A stretch of 26,388 bases of DNA, taken from the IMG/VR virus record IMGVR_UViG_3300009179_000231, positions 1 to 26,388 of that record. The stretch is one strand, 5' to 3'. How positions within the stretch are numbered: position 1 is the first letter of the stretch; the number at the start of each line of letters is the position of its first letter. The position numbers and the translations under genes were made by a program. Positions 24,739 to 26,388 of the stretch are shown piece by piece. Source of the stretch: a virus (Duplodnaviria; Caudoviricetes). Under the pieces are notes generated by a model that was given only the letters and a program-made list of their open reading frames with translations, searched no databases and had not been told where the DNA came from.

Positions 24739-25784
24739 TCAGAAACTCCTTTCTCGACGGCTTCCGAATAGATGCCCAAGATGATTTCGGTGAGTTGCTT
24801 CTTATCGAGATGATCGATCTTGCAGGTTTCGAGGAATTGCTGTATGAGCTGGATGGTATCCGACGGAATGGTTTCTTGGTTATCGTCCGACATGACGACT
24901 TCCTTATTCTCCAGCACCTCTAAAGAGTAGGACACCTGGCTGATTGCATCCAGAAGAACTTCCAGCTTCTTCTTGTTCTTGCAGACATTCACGATTACTC
25001 TGACGATCTTACCGGCATACCTTTCTTTATCGAAGAGCCCGATCTCGATACTGTCATCATACTGCAGAACTTCATAGGCAGATGTAGAGTTATCGACGAA
25101 TTCGACCGATTTCGATCGCGTGTCGAAGACCGCGAAGCCCTTTGGATACCCGTACTCGCCCCAATTCGTCTGAAAGGGATTACCGATATACTGGATGGTT
25201 CCATTGGTGGCTCTGATATGAAAGTGCCCCGAAAAGACCTTGTCGAATCTTTCAAAGATCGTGCTATCGATACCTTTACTGCATACCACTCCCTTGATGA
25301 TCTCGAAGGAGTTGATCTCGAAGTGTCCGCATAAGATTTGAGCGTCGAGACTCATGATCCACTTTATGGCTTCCGAGTAGATCTCCGGACTGATCCAACT
25401 GATGAATCCCACGGATACACCGTCGAAGTCTATAACCTCGTACTTTTCGATCAAATGCACTTTATCGAACGCTTTGGTTACCGGCACCAAACTGTTCACC
25501 ATATTGGTGTTTTTGAAAGCCACGTCGTGGTTACCGATTAAGAAGTACGAGTGGATCTTCAACTCCTCGAGCTTTTGAAGGAACTGATGCGCCTTGTTAA
25601 GAACCTGAGTCGATATCATCTTCCTGTTTTCAAAGAAGTCGCCCAGCATCCAGATAGTGTCTATCTCATGTTCGATTAGGTAGGGGATGAATTGGTTGTA
25701 GAGGAACTCTTCTTGCTTGTCGATAAAGAATTGACTGTTATTTCGAACTCCCCAATGTAAATCTGTGATGATTGCGATTTTCAT
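24732..25784 (-). CDS. gp47: recombination endonuclease subunit gp47 (Mre11/SbcD-like)
   Basis: Phosphoesterase motifs TDLHWG, LGDFF, GNHD, GHFE and SGHFH. Confidence 0.96.
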   Translation of the reverse strand: MKIAIITDLHWGVRNNSQFFIDKQEEFLYNQFIPYLIEHEIDTIWMLGDFFENRKMISTQVLNKAHQFLQKLEELKIHSYFLIGNHDVAFKNTNMVNSLVPVTKAFDKVHLIEKYEVIDFDGVSVGFISWISPEIYSEAIKWIMSLDAQILCGHFEINSFEIIKGVVCSKGIDSTIFERFDKVFSGHFHIRATNGTIQYIGNPFQTNWGEYGYPKGFAVFDTRSKSVEFVDNSTSAYEVLQYDDSIEIGLFDKERYAGKIVRVIVNVCKNKKKLEVLLDAISQVSYSLEVLENKEVVMSDDNQETIPSDTIQLIQQFLETCKIDHLDKKQLTEIILGIYSEAVEKGVSEC

Positions 25785-25789
25785 ATGTT

Positions 25790-26227
25790 CTATTCGTCAT
25801 ACGAGTTGAAGATGTAATCTTGAATTAGAGAATCCCTGCTTACATGACAATCGTCGCCTTCTTGAAGTGAGAAGATATCGTCGACCATTACCAGTTTCTC
25901 TCTCTTGGTTCTTTCCTGCTTCTCTTTCTGAATTCTCTGCAAAAAAGTTCTCCACATCACTAAAGTGAAGTAGGCGAAAGGTTTATCGTATTTGATGGGA
26001 TCGTAATTATCAAAGATCTCTACGGCTCTCAAAATCGCATCGTTGACGAATTCTTCTTTGAAGGTATAGTTGTTGAAGACATAGCGTGTGGCTAATCGCT
26101 TAGCCATCAGGATGATCATCTTACCTGCTTCTTCGGGGATTCTTTCTTTCGGGTTCGTTTTCTTCCTCTCGTGATATTCTAAGATGAGTTGATGAAATCG
26201 TTCATTGTCGATATAGTTTTCTGCCAT
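25790..26227 (-). CDS. gp55: late-transcription sigma factor gp55
   Basis: NYIDN, FNNYTFKEE, and PFAYFT...FLQRIQKEK. It sits upstream of gp47 as in T4. Confidence 0.93.
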   Translation of the reverse strand: MAENYIDNERFHQLILEYHERKKTNPKERIPEEAGKMIILMAKRLATRYVFNNYTFKEEFVNDAILRAVEIFDNYDPIKYDKPFAYFTLVMWRTFLQRIQKEKQERTKREKLVMVDDIFSLQEGDDCHVSRDSLIQDYIFNSYDE

Positions 26228-26233
26228 GATGGT

Positions 26234-26388
26234 CTACTCGAAGTTGATGTTGTCATAAGAAATACTAAATCCTTCAGATTCGTAGATTTTAAGTCGCTCG
26301 GTGGCGTGCTTCAGAGCGAAGTTAGTATGCTTATGATAGCACAAATTGTCGCAGATGTCAATCAATTTGGCTTTCTCCTTTCCTATCA
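26234..26388 (-). CDS. uvsW: 3' end of the UvsW helicase (partial)
   Basis: Manual translation: ...GKEKAKLIDICDNLCYHKHTNFALKHATERLKIYESEGFSISYDNINFE-stop. This matches the UvsW C-terminal pattern D..D.L....N..L.H..ER..IY..E.F. Confidence 0.8.
   Translation of the reverse strand, partial: IGKEKAKLIDICDNLCYHKHTNFALKHATERLKIYESEGFSISYDNINFE

Noticed and set aside
207-25541. All plus-strand ORFs in the track (e.g. 17091-17798, 19078-19989) and short nested minus-strand ORFs
   Set aside because: They lie antisense to, or out of frame within, well-supported minus-strand genes and show no recognisable motifs, so they are shadow ORFs.

Overview
This window is a 26-kb piece of a large T4-like (Tevenvirinae-like) myophage genome. 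Essentially all genes are on the minus strand, and the host is probably a proteobacterium, judged from the Prs and GuaB sequence style. Core replication and transcription genes in transcription order are uvsW (3' end), gp55, gp47, gp46, gp45, then a ~14-kb insert, then gp44, gp62, regA, dut, gp43, uvsX, folE and the start of a QueD-like gene. The insert carries purine/GTP-supply genes (guaB, purN, prs, a PRTase, purC), an SqdB-like enzyme, an L,D-transpeptidase, a macrodomain protein, an MjaI-like R-M pair, a tRNA-like RNA and three copies of a conserved early-promoter cassette. The main discovery concerns three genes (regA, dUTPase and a small virion-type ORF). Each is broken by a +1 frameshift at an in-frame CGG codon, and skipping one base there (C-GGN, giving Gly) restores the protein. 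By manual scan, CGG is absent from ~7,300 codons of the other intact genes but occurs 8 times in ~560 codons of early-promoter genes. This suggests a temporal CGG recoding switch (CGG read as Arg early, as a +1 shift or quadruplet later), although sequencing or assembly error must be excluded.
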